NCBI GenBank assembly: GCA_017499595.2
Contig: CM039001.1
Coordinates: 868,001 to 932,000, forward strand
DNA from: Psilocybe cubensis
Lineage: Eukaryota
Direction of reading: 5' to 3'
DNA: 64,000 nt
The position numbers were made by a program, and so were the translations under genes. Positions 25,128-38,847 of the stretch are shown here, piece by piece. Every line of letters starts with the position of its first letter. The stretch's first letter is position 1. The notes beneath the pieces were generated by a model. It was given only the letters and a program-made list of their open reading frames with translations, was not told the origin of the DNA and made no database searches.

Positions 25128-28100
25128 ATGATACCCTCCAGTTCATCTAACTTGTCTGTCAAAAGCCAGCCTAATAGACCTCCCTCGAGCTTATTATCTA
25201 GACCGTCATCTAGAAATACTCTTCGTCCTTCCTCAAGCCTCGGGAATCGCCCACTCTCAAGCGCTTCAACACGACCAGGCTCCCGTTTCTCCCAACGGCC
25301 GAATTCACGACAAGCAAGATCACGTCTGATACCTCTCGCTCAGACCTTAGTTAATCAGGTGACGGGACTTGAGGTGAAGGAAAATGGAGGCGAGGGAGTT
25401 GCAGACGCGGATGATGATGACGATTTTCGCGAGGCTGTAGAATATGTTGTCCGAAGTCTGGAGACCTCTACAATCAATAAGGCTTCGGCGAGTGTGGACA
25501 TGAGTGTCATTGATCGTCAGATAAGTGGGTGAGTCAACTGGCTTGATCATGCTCAGACTTTCCTGATCATTGGTGATTTCTTTACCAAGGCTGGCTCTAA
25601 AGGCGCGAATTAATTCGCAAGATGCTTTTGGAGAGGCACTGCAGCTGGCCTACAAGAGGATAAAGGCAAATATCGAGGAAAGGGAAATGGACTTGGATCA
25701 AGATATCAAAGTCAGCCCAAATCATCCTCACCTTGACTTGGACTTAACTCACTCGTTCAGAGCTCGAGACTACCTGACCATCTTCAGTTTTTGGTTCGTC
25801 TATGCTCCGCGTCCTCTTTACTTTTTCTTAATGCTGTAGTCTAGTTGACTCTTGGAAAGCCACCTTCCCAAGTCACATTGGATAGAGCCGAAGTCTATCT
25901 TCAAGGCATCAAAAATCCTCCACCTCCCCCGCCAACGTTAACATGGAAAGACATCCTGGCTGAAGAGCCCTTTGAAGGTGAACACTGGGAAGGCGTATAT
26001 GGCTTGCCTGCTGGTGCAGTACGGTCGATGAGCAAACAAGATAGAGCAGATAGAGAGGAATGGGATAGTACACCATCGCTTTCCCCTCTTAACTCTGATG
26101 ATCTGGCACTAGATGACGAGGACGATTCGTTTTCATCTGCAGATTACGAGAGGTACACAGAGCCAGAATCAAGTCGCCCTTCATCCCCTGAACCTGTGGT
26201 ACCGCATGACAATGCCCCTAGGATTCCTCTGTACGAGCAGCGGAAGCAGTTTGAGGAACTTCGAGCTAGACAGTATTGGAGAGATGATTGGCACACTGAT
26301 GCTGATGTTAACGCCCCGTTTTCTATTGGAGATCCATCTACATTGGGTTAGTCTTTTGAAGTTACTTTCTTGGACTGCCCACTCATGTCCTCGCGTACAG
26401 GCCCTACTCTGAGCAAAGTGCTTGCTCGCGCTAGTGGGTCCCAGGACGCACACTCCATGCTACAACCAGAAGTATGTTGATGTGTATGCTTTGCTACTCG
26501 TCCCTTTGATTATAATAGCATTATATAGATGAAGCCGACATGGTCCGAGAGATTCTCATGGCACTGCAAGGTAATAACAATACAATCATCGAATGGAATG
26601 ATAATGCCTTTCGGGTGAGACCATTGACTGGATTATACGACCTCTTCTGAACATGCTTATTTACAGATGACTCCAAAAACACCCAGATTGGTTCACCTAA
26701 CACTGGCTTCCCAAGAGTCAATAATAACCTCTCTTGGAAATACGGCGACTACCGTGCATAACTTGAGGAGATTTGCCGCCGCAGTCTTTGCGCGATCCAT
26801 CTCAGGGAAGCAAATCGCGACCCGAAAAGCCACTGCGACGCGTACTTGCGAAGCCTTCGCTGATGCCATCGACGAGGTGGTACGTAGGTTTGATTCATGG
26901 TGCTCAGCCAAAGAAGAGGCTATATGCACTGCTTATATTGGTATGGACGAAGAACCGCTCATCGTCAGTTTGCTGGGCACAGAACGAGAGATCCGGGATC
27001 AATACGAGGCGACATTCGATGTTCTCCTTGAAGTTGTTCGGATGGTTTTCCAGATCCAACCCGGAGCAGACTTTTCATTATTTGATCAAAGGACACAAAC
27101 TAGACAGCCGGCAACGTTGACCGCGTTTTTACTTGATACGCTATTTTCGAATGTGCAACAACATATGGAAAGGCGCGATGCAGTGACGAGCGATAAGCTT
27201 ATGCGAGTGTTTATACGTACTGCTGAGCCTGTTTGGGGTATGGTTGGAAGATGGCTGAAAGATGGAATGGGTCTAGGATTAGGTGTTGGGACAAGCGGAA
27301 GAGTGGATATGGCCGATGAATTAGACGAGGAGTTCTTTATTGAGAGCAGTGGTGTTGGGGTGGGGATGATGGGCCTTGGTTTGTTGGATCCGGAGTTTTG
27401 GAAGGAGGGATATGCACTGCGGGAGGGCGCTGTATTTCATGGAGAGCTTGGTCCTGTGGATAACGAACAAGGCCAAATAACGTCTGGTCGAAAAGCTATT
27501 CCGTCATTTTTGGAACATGTTGCTGAATTGGTGTTGAGCACAGGCAAGGCAGTGGGCCTGATGAGGGCCCTTGGGGGACCGCTTTTTTCAAACGTTTTCA
27601 ACGACTGGAAGACATTTGCAGACCTCGTTGGATCCGAAAATCATAACCAAAGCGACAAGGATGGAGTTACCGAAGGGCATGGTGGTTTGTTTGCGGTTTC
27701 TGTGGATACTTTATCGCGTCTCATCTACGATGGTCTCTTGCCTCACTGTGAATCGACCGCCTCTAGCCTTGTGAAGGTTTTAGTTGATGATTGTGCTGTG
27801 TGGAAACATCTGGAATCCATCGAAGACCTTTTCCTGATGCGGAGAGGAGATGCTATGAGTCACTTTATCGATACTTTATTCGCGAAGATGGACTCGACGC
27901 AGCCTTGGAGCGACTTCCATTTCCTCAATACGGCCTTCAACGACGTGATAGACGCCAACCGGAACGCGGGAGTACCAGAATGGGTCAATGCTTCTTTAGT
28001 CCGCTTCGCATATCGAGGAAACAAGGAGAAGGATAGGGCTATCAAGCGTACGGTCAAGGCCATTGACGGGCTTATTGTGGAATATGCGGTGCCTTTTCCG

Positions 28101-29115
28101 TTAACATATATATTCCAACCAGCCACAATTCAGGGATATAGTGATATCTTCGTATTTTTGCTGCAGATACGCAGAGCCAAGAGTGTATTGGAGAGGATTT
28201 TGGTTCGGGACGATCAAGGGCGGGGGAAAAAGTTAAGGGAGGAGCTGAAGGTTTTCCATGCCATGCGAAGCAGACTGAGTTGGTTTATTAAGTGAGTTCG
28301 TGTTTTCCGTCAACAACTAATTTTTTTCTCATTTTGAGAGGCAGCACTTTATTAAACTTCCTTACTACATACGTGCGTTTTGGTTCAATTGCTTCCGATT
28401 TTTTTAAATCAAACTTCATGCCCTTAGGTCATTCATGCAGAAGTTTCACGATTTCGAGAGGCTTTTCGCAAGACAAAGTCTCTTGACGAGATGATCCAAC
28501 TGCATGATGAACAGTATGCCTTTCAAATTCGCACTGTTGAAGTTCAAAAATCTGACGGTCACCTGTAGTCTTGAAAAAATAAGAGGACGCTGTCTACTCA
28601 AACCAAATGTTTGCATATTAGTCTTTTCTGATAATTTGTGATTAACAGCTACCATACAGACCTCTGCCCTGCAAAGAGCTATACTTTCCATCCTGGACAT
28701 GTGTCTTCATTTTAGCGAAGGCTTTGTCGCATTTGCAGGTGATAACACTGCCACTCTGGATGTTTCTCGACAATCAGTCATCATGAAGAGACACCGCAGC
28801 CGACGCCAAAGACGCCAAAAACGAAATGTCATTGGGTTTTCTCAATATCTGCAAGATGAGGACGACAGTAGCTCGGATGAAGATATGGAAGGGGCTGAGC
28901 ACATCAATGACCCTCCTGAACCCTCTTTCTCAATGGCGGGTACCTCGGTGACCACTGAAGACGACTTTTATGCAGGGGTAGAACGTATGTCATCGGAGTT
29001 GGATGGCTTGGTACGATTCCTGCGCCGCGGTGTGGAAAGCTTGGCAGGAGGGAGTGGTGAAGCTGCGCCTGCTTTTGGGGTATTAGCTTTCTCATTAGAG
29101 GATTGGGATATGTAA
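25128..29115 (+). CDS. Gamma-tubulin complex component, Spc97/Spc98 family (GCP5-like)
   Basis: IDEADMVREILMALQG, TCEAFADAI, PSFLEHVAELVLSTGKAVGL, FLMRRGDAMSHF...WSDFHFLNTAF, YAVPFPLTYIF, YSDIFVFLLQIRRAK, LDEMIQLHDE. The GCP5 subtype is inferred from these motifs. Confidence 0.85.
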
Positions 29116-29621
29116 AATTCCGGCTTTGCCGAGATTAAATATACAGGCGGTGTCTTCACGGGTTGAAACAATGTGAGTTAGGCCTTGGGGTACGAACACA
29201 ATACGCAGAGACCCATCCCCCATTGATCTACATTACGAGAGTGCAGCATAGCCTGTCATGCGCCATTGGCATGTATAGTATGACCTGAACCGTTAGCATT
29301 TTCTACAAACGGCAGAACTCCGATGCGAAAAGAGCTGTAGCAAATACGACTTTTGCAAGATTCTTTTCTATTCTCTCAAGATCTCTCCGTTAATTTTACG
29401 GTCATTAGAGAGACTAAGAAAGCAATGATAAAGTGAACAAATTAACGTTGCGGGAATCGGACACCTTGACACCGCCGCTGATTTCCAAAAATAGATTATC
29501 GCGATACACGTGATGTCCTTAGAGACTGGAACTGCCATTGAGGAGCTTCTAAGCACTGGTTAAATCTAACACACGACCTCATCGCTACGTTCACAATTGC
29601 TTTCAAAACAACTCTTTTGAG

Positions 29622-32284
29622 ATGTCTGCTGGACAGTACCCTCAGATAGAGCAAGACTCTCTGGAACCACCCAGTGGTAACGAGCTTCCAACCTACGACG
29701 ATCTCGCTCAGCAGAACGGTCCTAATTCAAGGTATAAACATCCTATATTGTTATTGGTACATGGACAAAGAGTTTCTCACAATTAACCAAGATTTGGGAG
29801 ATGGAGAGGGTGGATAGAAAAAAGGTTCACCCCATTGTTTTTATCCGACTGACCACACTATCTTACTCCACCACAGAGCGGCAGAAAGGTATGCAGATCT
29901 TACCCAGGCAGAACGAGAGAGACGACGAGAACGTGGGTGGGGGAATGACACAGAGATTCCGGTCAGCAGAATACGCTAAGTCATTCCTAATTATTCTAAT
30001 GTGTTTCTATCAGGTCGTGGAGCCCATCCCCTCAATTACCAATTACCCTTTTGCACCAGGTGGACAAAGTCTGCCCCTGCACATCCAAACCGCTAGTTTA
30101 ACCGTACAAGATTCCCCTCCTATCTCTAGTGGCACACCTACCCATATACCCCTCCCTTTTGTCAGCCAAACCATCGAACCTACGCATCTCAAAATCAACC
30201 ACTTTGGTTCTCGCTTTTTACCACATACAACATCTCAAATTCGATGCGTCCTGCCTTTAATGACAGATAAAATTCTACTTATTGGCCATGATGATGGTCT
30301 CTCTGTACTTGATATGTTTCCGCAGGAATGGACTGAAAGTGGAGACATGACTACAAAAGGTCCTGACGAAGCTCAATGCCGGCCTGTGTGGCGAGGTGAA
30401 AGGTTAGATTATTTTACGGGTAGCACAGTTGGATTAACTTTGCTTACTTCATGAATCTAGTGTATATCAAATGACTATCCTTGAATCAGAGGATCGAGGA
30501 ACTGGAACCCCTCAAGGAGTTGTTTTGGCCGTAGTTGGCCCTTCCCAAGATGCCGTATCCGTAGGGAAGGACGTAGAAGCTTTACGGACAGCACGTATGT
30601 ACAATTTGGGTAGCTTGATCAGTCTCGCGAGATGGACAATTGCTCAGAAGGTGAGACAAACACTTACACCTTTACTGAAACAGTCGGCTCAAAAGGTTGG
30701 TTAGGGGGCGCAACCTTTGAATTTGCGCTATATGGGGATCACACAGGCTCCTAGCACACCATCAAAAAAGCACAAAGCTCATGGCAGTATAGCGCGTAAT
30801 CTTAAGGCATTATCAACCGGCAACCCTCCGTTGGAACCACCATCATCATATCAAACATTTCTATCCCCTACTGGAGCATCAGGACCCTCCCTTGCTAGAG
30901 GTCCGAGTTCTTTATCTGAACGCAGTTTCACGAATAGATCGGTGTCCGACCAATCTACTTGGGACGTCGTTGACGACCTGCCTCTACGGTGGGCTACGGA
31001 TTTTGTTCCGCTTGCCTCACCCGGTTCTCGACTAGTTGGCGTATCAGTATTAGGATATGCAACATGGAGCGATGAGAATCGTAAGGGAACTGGAGGTCAG
31101 CTTCTGGCTATCACGACGAAGAACAATATCCTTCTTTACGAGACTCCCAAAGGAGAAAGGGCGTACAGATTCGTCAAGGTCGACCATTTCGGGTTTTTTG
31201 ATTTATGTGTATTGGAATCTAATGCACGTTCTTTGAATAGGAATTCTATACGCCGTTACAACCACGGAATATTGCATTCATTCAACAGTCAGTGTCTGAA
31301 AGCAGAAGCCCGTTGGAAGAGAGAAGTCCAAGTCGCTTCCATTCTCACAAAAGGTCGGAAAGCGGTGGTGCAATCAAAGGTCTGGTCAATGGTGCTTCGT
31401 CGCCCATGCCTCTAAGCTACGGTACCCACCTCAGTCTTTTCGTCATCTTTGACAAAAAAGCGGGATGGATTCGGCTTGCAGACTCTGCAGTTGGTGAAGT
31501 AGAGCTAGGAGAAGACGGTGGACCCCAGCCTGCAGGCCTCCTCTACTCACGAGATACTTTTGCCTCCAATATCAGCGCAACTACCCTGCGGCAAAAAGCC
31601 AGGGTCTCTTTTGATATTCGCGAGTCTGCAGCAAAGTGGCTTTTGCCCATACGATGTACACTTCCTGTACCAGGTCAGGACGCTGCGAATATGCAGCCGG
31701 TTTATATCCTCACTCGAGGGAAACGGACGCATATTTTACCCTGCCCTTTGCCAACTCGCTCCTCTTCCATACCCCCACTACATGCTGTCTTCTGGAAAGT
31801 GCCTCCTAAACATGTCTCTGCGCGTCTTATTCCGGGTGGGCACGATCCTACGATGGAACCTCCAATGTTGCAACTAATTGCTTTTGGCGAAAATGGAGTC
31901 GAAATTCAAGAGATGGGTATATCATTTATGAGCTCCAAAGGGAAAGGCCGCGCATACCCTGAAGAGTCCCTATGGGCGGAAGAGGATCTCGGGGGTGAAA
32001 CTGGCTTTCTTAGTGTCGGCGGGAACTGGGACAGAGTGGAACAGATATATGGATCACAAGCCCTTTCAAGCGCATCTTCCATCTTTTCGGTGGATACTAT
32101 GGATTCTGCAGATATTCATGCACGCCTAAAGAAAGAGGAGGGTATCTATGGTTGGTGTCGGAAAGGCCTAGAGGATTGGAGAGTTTTCTGGGTTGGAGGA
32201 TCTAGTCATTATCAGGACTGCGAGCCGACTCGAGGTGCTTCACTTAACTATATGAATTCGACAGCGAGTAGCATGTACTTATAA
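29622..32284 (+). CDS. Conserved hypothetical protein, possible CNH-like beta-propeller
   Basis: Multi-exon ORF chain. N-terminal LPTYDDL...SRFGRWRGWIEKRAAERY, then HFGSRFLPH...ILLIGHDDGLSVLDMFP and YRFVKEFYTPL. The domain call is tentative. Confidence 0.75.
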
Positions 32285-32829
32285 GTTGTAAGTTATTCTT
32301 TGCTGTTGGACTTTGTTGTATGAATCCCAAATGTACTACACATCATGTACAAGCGCCTGTTAATCCTAATCATCGAACAATTTCTATCTACAACAAAATT
32401 GCTCATTGAAGTACGCCTTCAAAAATCAGCGTCTAACAAACTGAATGAGATTGGTTAGCGATCATTTGATTCGAAGGTTTATTGTCCATGTGATTGATTC
32501 TACACTTCGTTAGGTAGGAATAAAGTGGGGGAGAGATAGGGATATATGCATGAAAGCAAAAGTAATAAGTGATAATAATGTACATGAAAATCGTCAAAGA
32601 AAATATCAGAGGGGCTACAGCGGGGACGATGAAATGGTGTCGGGATAATGAGGGATGACGGGGTGTGTGTCGTGTGGTATCGTGCTTGATGTTGATGATA
32701 AATGATGTGGGAGGGTTCCGAAAACAGGTAAGCTGTCCGTGATGGTTAATGCAAAAAATGTAACAAAAAAGCAACATAAGAGAGAAGTTCAATTCATGAT
32801 CATTAAATAATGCCTGTCAAGTCGGAATG

Positions 32830-35800
32830 TTATCTGGTCGGTGGACGTGAAGAAGCTTTGGGATATGTTGCGCTTGTGTTGGCGCCACTACTGGGTGCAG
32901 CTGCATTCAAACGGCCCATAGAGGCAGATGGTGGTTTCCGAATGACAACAAACGATTTCTGGGGTTGAGGTGTGTTTTCCGTATTGAGTCCTCCAAGCTC
33001 TTCGTCTACAGCCGCTTTTCCCAAGTTCGGTGTAGATGCCTGACCGCCCGCCATACTATGCGGTCGGTTCCTTCTTAAGCGGTACCAGGGCTTCCTCTTC
33101 TTATGATTCTGCTCATCCCCCGAGTCGTCATCGTCATCCACATCGTTGTCACCGACGACAAATTTATGGGCAGCCATAGCCTCTGGTGGGCGCAAGAATG
33201 TGTCTTCTGAAACATGTGTTTGTCTCGGTCCAAGCGACGACTGGCCTAGGTCCTGTTGTTGCTGGAACACTCTCGACATTGACTGAGAAGATGCCGGTCC
33301 ACTGGGTAAATAATCGATAATGGCTGTTTGAGATTTGGTGCGCGTGTGAACAGGCATCATAGCGCCTGAGGGTAACCCATTGACACCGACGGCGACTTCT
33401 ACATTCGCAACCGAAAGAGGGATGTTCTCATCGCTATCCATACCCCTTTCATAGAACAATGGAGAACCACCAAGTGCAGATGTGCTTTGGTTTCCAACCG
33501 GTTGTACTTGGCTGTGTTGTCCAATAGATGGAAAGGTGTGGGTTGAGCCGGTGTTTATTGCATACGGTGTGTCGATATGAGCCCTGCCACCCCCAACGCG
33601 AGAAAATCCGCTCGTTGGAACGCTGTTAGACATATTTGATGAAGGAGAAGCCTTCGGTTGCGGGGTGTGACCTATCTGTGGTACATTGCTGACAGGTGTG
33701 TATCCCGACGCGGGTCGAGGGAATGGTTGCCAGGCTCCCATGATATAACCTTCATCCTCGCTATCCACAAGTTCTTCCTTATACGGCCTATTTGCATGCT
33801 CCGGTCTCAAAACGGATGGAGGTTGTGAATTGGCAGACCCCTTCCTTGACTCAGTGTTCAAGAATCTGGGTGGGGTGGATGTTCCATCGATAGGTTGAAT
33901 CCCTCCAACTGGCGGCATATATGACGACAAATCGGAGTCCCTAGTCTGAATTTGTGACGGGCTCGTGTTGTTCATTTTCCGTCTGTGCGAGTGGCGACGC
34001 CTACTATTTCTTCTGCTCCGTTTCCTTGACCCGCAGCATCCCAAAAGGCCACAGGCTCCCAATAAACCGCTGTCCACGACATGTCGACTGCGATCAAAAC
34101 CAACTCTTCCAACAATCCGAACAAGAGCCTCGAGAAGTTTTACCGCCAACATGAAGATAAGGGCAAGATAAACAAGGGCAAGGATAATCAAAATTCCATA
34201 TGCGACCCAACCCCCTGGACCGGGACCGATTGAAATCTAGAGAGTCAACATTCAATGGATATTGAATTTTTTAAAAGACAAGAGAAAGAATACGCACAGC
34301 CTGAGTTAAAATAACCAGCAAAACGGCGATAACAATTCTGGCAACGCAGAACAAAAAGCTAATCAGACCCATGCTTGCTCCACTACCCCATGGCAGCCAT
34401 ATACTCGTCACCAGAGCCGAGATCACTTCAACAACGAGAATGATGATGGCTTGAGCAGTGCCGCTTTTCTGACCTGCTCCAACTGTAACACCGAATGCAA
34501 TATTTGTAGCAAAGAATAAACTTGCAAAAAGCTGTGAACCATGCCGATAGTGGTTATATAATGGTCCTAAAGAGAGTAGTGTCTTTGTCTCGTCATAGAG
34601 TTTGTTGGTAGTAGTGAAAGTCACTCGAATAACCAGATGCGCAGGGACGAGAATCGAGAATATGACAAAGGAAAGCGCGGCCAGGACAATTGAAGAAGTA
34701 CCAACAACGTCCTTCAACGTCATTTGATAACAGGAAAACACCGTCACAGGCAAATGAAACAAGACAAGTATTCGAACAAGATTTCCATGTAGCACGCTTC
34801 CATGAAATGCTCCAAAGTCTGAGCGTAGACGCCACCAGGATCTGTGAGAGTTTATGCCACGCTCAGAAGAAACACCGGAGCTGGGTAAAGGTAATGAGAA
34901 TTTTGCGTTAGGAAATTTACCACTCGCTGATAGGCCAGGAGCTGAGCCAGTTAATGATTTGCTTTCATCAATTGCTGAAGGCAATGCAGCGTCCCCTAGT
35001 TCTTTGCTTCCGAAAGCCGGGCTGCGTGACCTGGTTAAACGGTTCATGCCGGTGCCATGTCCCTGTCCTCCTCCAGAACCACCAAACAGACCGACAGTAT
35101 AATCAATTACACATATGAGAATAGAGATGACTATAGCAGCTGCTATGATCCCGAGGAAGATAATCATGCAAGTTGGGAAAAGATCTTGGGGACGAATGCC
35201 AAGAGTGTAAGCAAACGATGAAATTCCATGGGTGGCGTCAGGTGGCAGGGAATAGATGACATTAGGAACTGATGGGTCAATGAAAATAGGGGATTGACTG
35301 TCTGAAAGCTGATCTGCAAAGCCATCTGGAGGAGAGTAGCGGCTTGTATTTAGTGGATCCCAGTGATGAGACTGTGACGATTGCGTCAAAGAGATATCTG
35401 CAGTGATAGAGGACGGTAAACGTGAGAGAATAAAAAGGGGCAGAGAAACAATTACTGTAAGAAAGAGTTGACCATGCGGTCTGGGTAAGTAGAGGGTCTG
35501 AGGCAAGATGTCATGAGGACGAAAATAGACCTGAGAGCTGGGAGTAACGTACAAACAAATTGAGGCCACTCTACTGCCACCATAGCCAGGATTGCACACC
35601 ACTGCGTATGAAAGATAACATCTCGCATGGAAGGTGTGCCTATTTTTTGTTAGTTAGATATCTTGTAGACTATTGTAAGAGCCTTACAAAAACGCATTAA
35701 TGCTGGGCTGGTAGCAAGGCGCTCTCCACTGATAGCACTTGCCAAAATATAGCCAGCACTTTGTGCACGAGACCATAACCCTCGACCAGGGCGGGTTATC

Positions 35801-36496
35801 CCCCTGTTCCAAGCAGATACGATTCTGGCGATCCCGACTACAATCCAGTAAGCTATTGCAAGCCCAACGGTTGACCAAAAGATGATTTTTGCGTTCCCAT
35901 AAGGCGAGTTGACCCTTGGATTCAGTGGAGTGATCAGCATATCAAGACAGAGAAGTTCCTTGCCAAAAGGATCGACAGCACGTAGACGCGTAATTAATGT
36001 AGTAAGTTCCCGGTCCCGACCCCAAGGGATGGTTGACGAAAATGCGAAGGGTCCAGAGGCGATCGGGCAGAAAGTGCCATCCAATGAAGTCAGTTCGGGA
36101 AGGGGGCTTTGAGGTCGCATATTCTGGCATAGATAAGAGCTGTTCGACCACGCATTGAGCGTAAGAACAGATGAGGTGGTGAACAGAGTGGCTACAAAGT
36201 GGCATCAGAAATAGAGTCATGCATTAATCGCAGAACATACCTAAACTCCCGCTCCGATTTGTAGAGCCTACAATATCCTGCGGACTGTTTCCGATGACCG
36301 TGAGGTTTAGATATCTTCCAAATTCTTCATTCTGGAGAACCTGTCCGTAGACAGTGTTGACATCAAACTTTTGGGAACTTGAGCTCTGAGAATCATCGAA
36401 GCAATCTTGGATAGGTATAGATATGGGGTCTGCGATGACAGAAGGTATCAGTACAAAGGTGATATAAAGCAAGACTGGGGGTAGATAGACCCTCAT
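32830..36496 (-). CDS. TRP-like (Flc/Pkd2 family) polytopic membrane protein
   Basis: Signal peptide MRVYLPPVLLYITFVLIPSVIA, a Cys-containing luminal N-domain (FCPIASGPF), QWCAILAMVAVEWPQFVYP, multiple TM helices (LSLGPLYNHYR, GAGQKSGTAQ) and a long disordered C-tail. Confidence 0.8.
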
Positions 36497-36635
36497 CGTA
36501 GCACACGACGACGAGCCCTCCACGGTGCGTGCCGGACGAAACAAACTTTGGACAAGGGCAAGTGACGCCGAAATTGAACTCGTGTGATTACATCATACAA
36601 CCAATGTCAAGTGCTCGGTGTTCGCCCATCACGGC

Positions 36636-38847
36636 ATGTTACTCCGTCGTGTATACACTCGTTCCCTCAACAGTCGCGCTTTTCATGATTTGAGAACATA
36701 TCAGGATGATCCACGGTGGCCGGGATGGCAAGTAATTATTGGAATAGAAACACATGCGCAGATAAAGTCCCGTCGAAAGCTTTTCTCAGGTACCTTTTTT
36801 ACCAGTTTGTACATTTTTTGTCTGATACCTGCTTGCAACAGACACATTCACTCCGGAGGGTGATGAGCTTCCAAACACCAAAGTATCACCATTCGATGCA
36901 GCATTTCCTGGAACTCTTCCTGTTAGTTCCATCTTGGAAATAAGCAAACAGGAAACACTCAATTGTTTGTAGAAAGTCAATCCAAAATGTGTCGACTTGG
37001 CCATTCGTACCGCGCTGGCTTTGAGAAGCAAAATATCTATGCGCTCATCCTTCGACAGAAAGCATTACTTCTACTCAGACCAGCCATTGGGTTATCAAAT
37101 CACTCAACAATACTGTGAGTATGTTTGATTTCAGTATCGTTGAGGCCTTGGTATTAATTGGTCCAAATATCTTACCAGCTCCAATTGCAACGCATGGGGT
37201 ATTGGAACTAGAAATGCCCAGAGCAGCACCAATCAAAGTTCGCATCAAGCAGATTCAATTGGAACAAGTGCGTACTGACGTCTTTAATGCAACTCAAGTG
37301 TTAATTGCAGTTTCAGGACACTGCAAAATCGACGTTTAATCCGCGTTTGCAGAAATCATATATCGATCTCAATAGAGCTGGTGCAGGCCTCATGGAGATT
37401 GTCTCAGAACCCGACCTACGGTAAATCGTGTCCCGGCTTCTTATATTTTCTTTGTTTACATTCCTCAGTTCTCCAGAAGAAGCTGGTGCTTATGTTCGCA
37501 CCTTGCAATCTGTTCTTCGCGCTGTGGGATCAAGCGACGGAAATATGGAACAAGTACGGTAATTCCACCTGTTGTTCTATATCTTTCAACATTTATATGT
37601 AAACAGGGATCACTTCGTTGCGATGTTAATGTCTCAGTGAATAGGAAAGGCGAAGTTCCTGGGACCCGTTGCGAGATTAAAAATTTGAATAGTGTGAAAT
37701 ACATGATGGCAGCTATTGGTATGGTGTTTCTTTTTGTTCGATGCTTGACACTCATTCGTCATATAGTTCACGAAATTAAACGACAAACCCAATTTCTTGA
37801 CACCAACCCCGGAGCTACTGTCCCACAGGAAACTCGTGGTTTCAACGAAAATACATTCGAAACATACCGGCTTCGATCCAAAGAGGATGCTCCAGACTAT
37901 AGATACATGCCGGATCCGAATTTGGGCGTCCTAGTACTGAGTCAGGTACTAGCCTTGAACTTCGCATGTTGTTTTAACTGCTGACATATATTACCGGGAC
38001 CCTCGCAGGCCCGGATTGACGATATAAAAACAAATTTGCCGTCCCTGCCTTGGGATATTCGCTCGCGGCTAGTATCTAAATATCCGTCACTAAATGCAAA
38101 GGAAAAGAGCCTGAATGTGCTTATTAATGTCAACAGTGGCAAAGAAATCGGATTCGATGGTGAAAATAGCGGCGGTGCGGTTGAATACTTCGAGGAGTTG
38201 TGTCAGACGCCTGTTACAGGCGGAAGCAGACCAACCGTGCGAGATCCTGTGGTGTTATTGAATTGGTGCGAGCCGTTGTCCTAAATAAGTAAAATAACTA
38301 CCTCTGATACTCTTCTAGGCTGACACACGAACTACTTGGACAATTAGCTTCACGAAAGGAAACATTTAGCGATAACCCGCTTTCAGCCAGTCAATTCGGG
38401 GAACTTGTTGACTTAGTCCAGGATGGTACTATCACTGGTAAACTTTATCTTGCAACCCCGTGTCTATTTTGCAATCTCTTACTGCGCGCAAAATATCCCA
38501 CAGGTACTTCCGGAAAGCACCTTTTACGCCACATGCTTGCCAACCCGTCCTCTCGCCGTCCCAGAGAAATTGCCACAGAACTCCAACTAGTTGCCTTAAC
38601 CTCAACTTCTAGTTCACAGTCTACAACCTCGTCTGACTCTTCGGTCATTTCTGAACTCGAAGATTTGTGTCGCTCAGCTGTATCCAATTTACCGTGCGAA
38701 GTGGCTGCTCTTCGGGCTGGAAATAAAAATGTGCTGAATAAAATTGTTGGGTATGTAATGAAGAAAAGCAGGGGTCGGGCAGATGCTACCGCAACTCGGG
38801 AATTGGTGGAGAAAATGGTTATGCAGGATGGCTGCAAATTAACGTGA
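36636..38847 (+). CDS. PET112: Mitochondrial Glu-tRNA(Gln) amidotransferase subunit B
   Basis: [126 protein letters not shown]. Confidence 0.95.
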
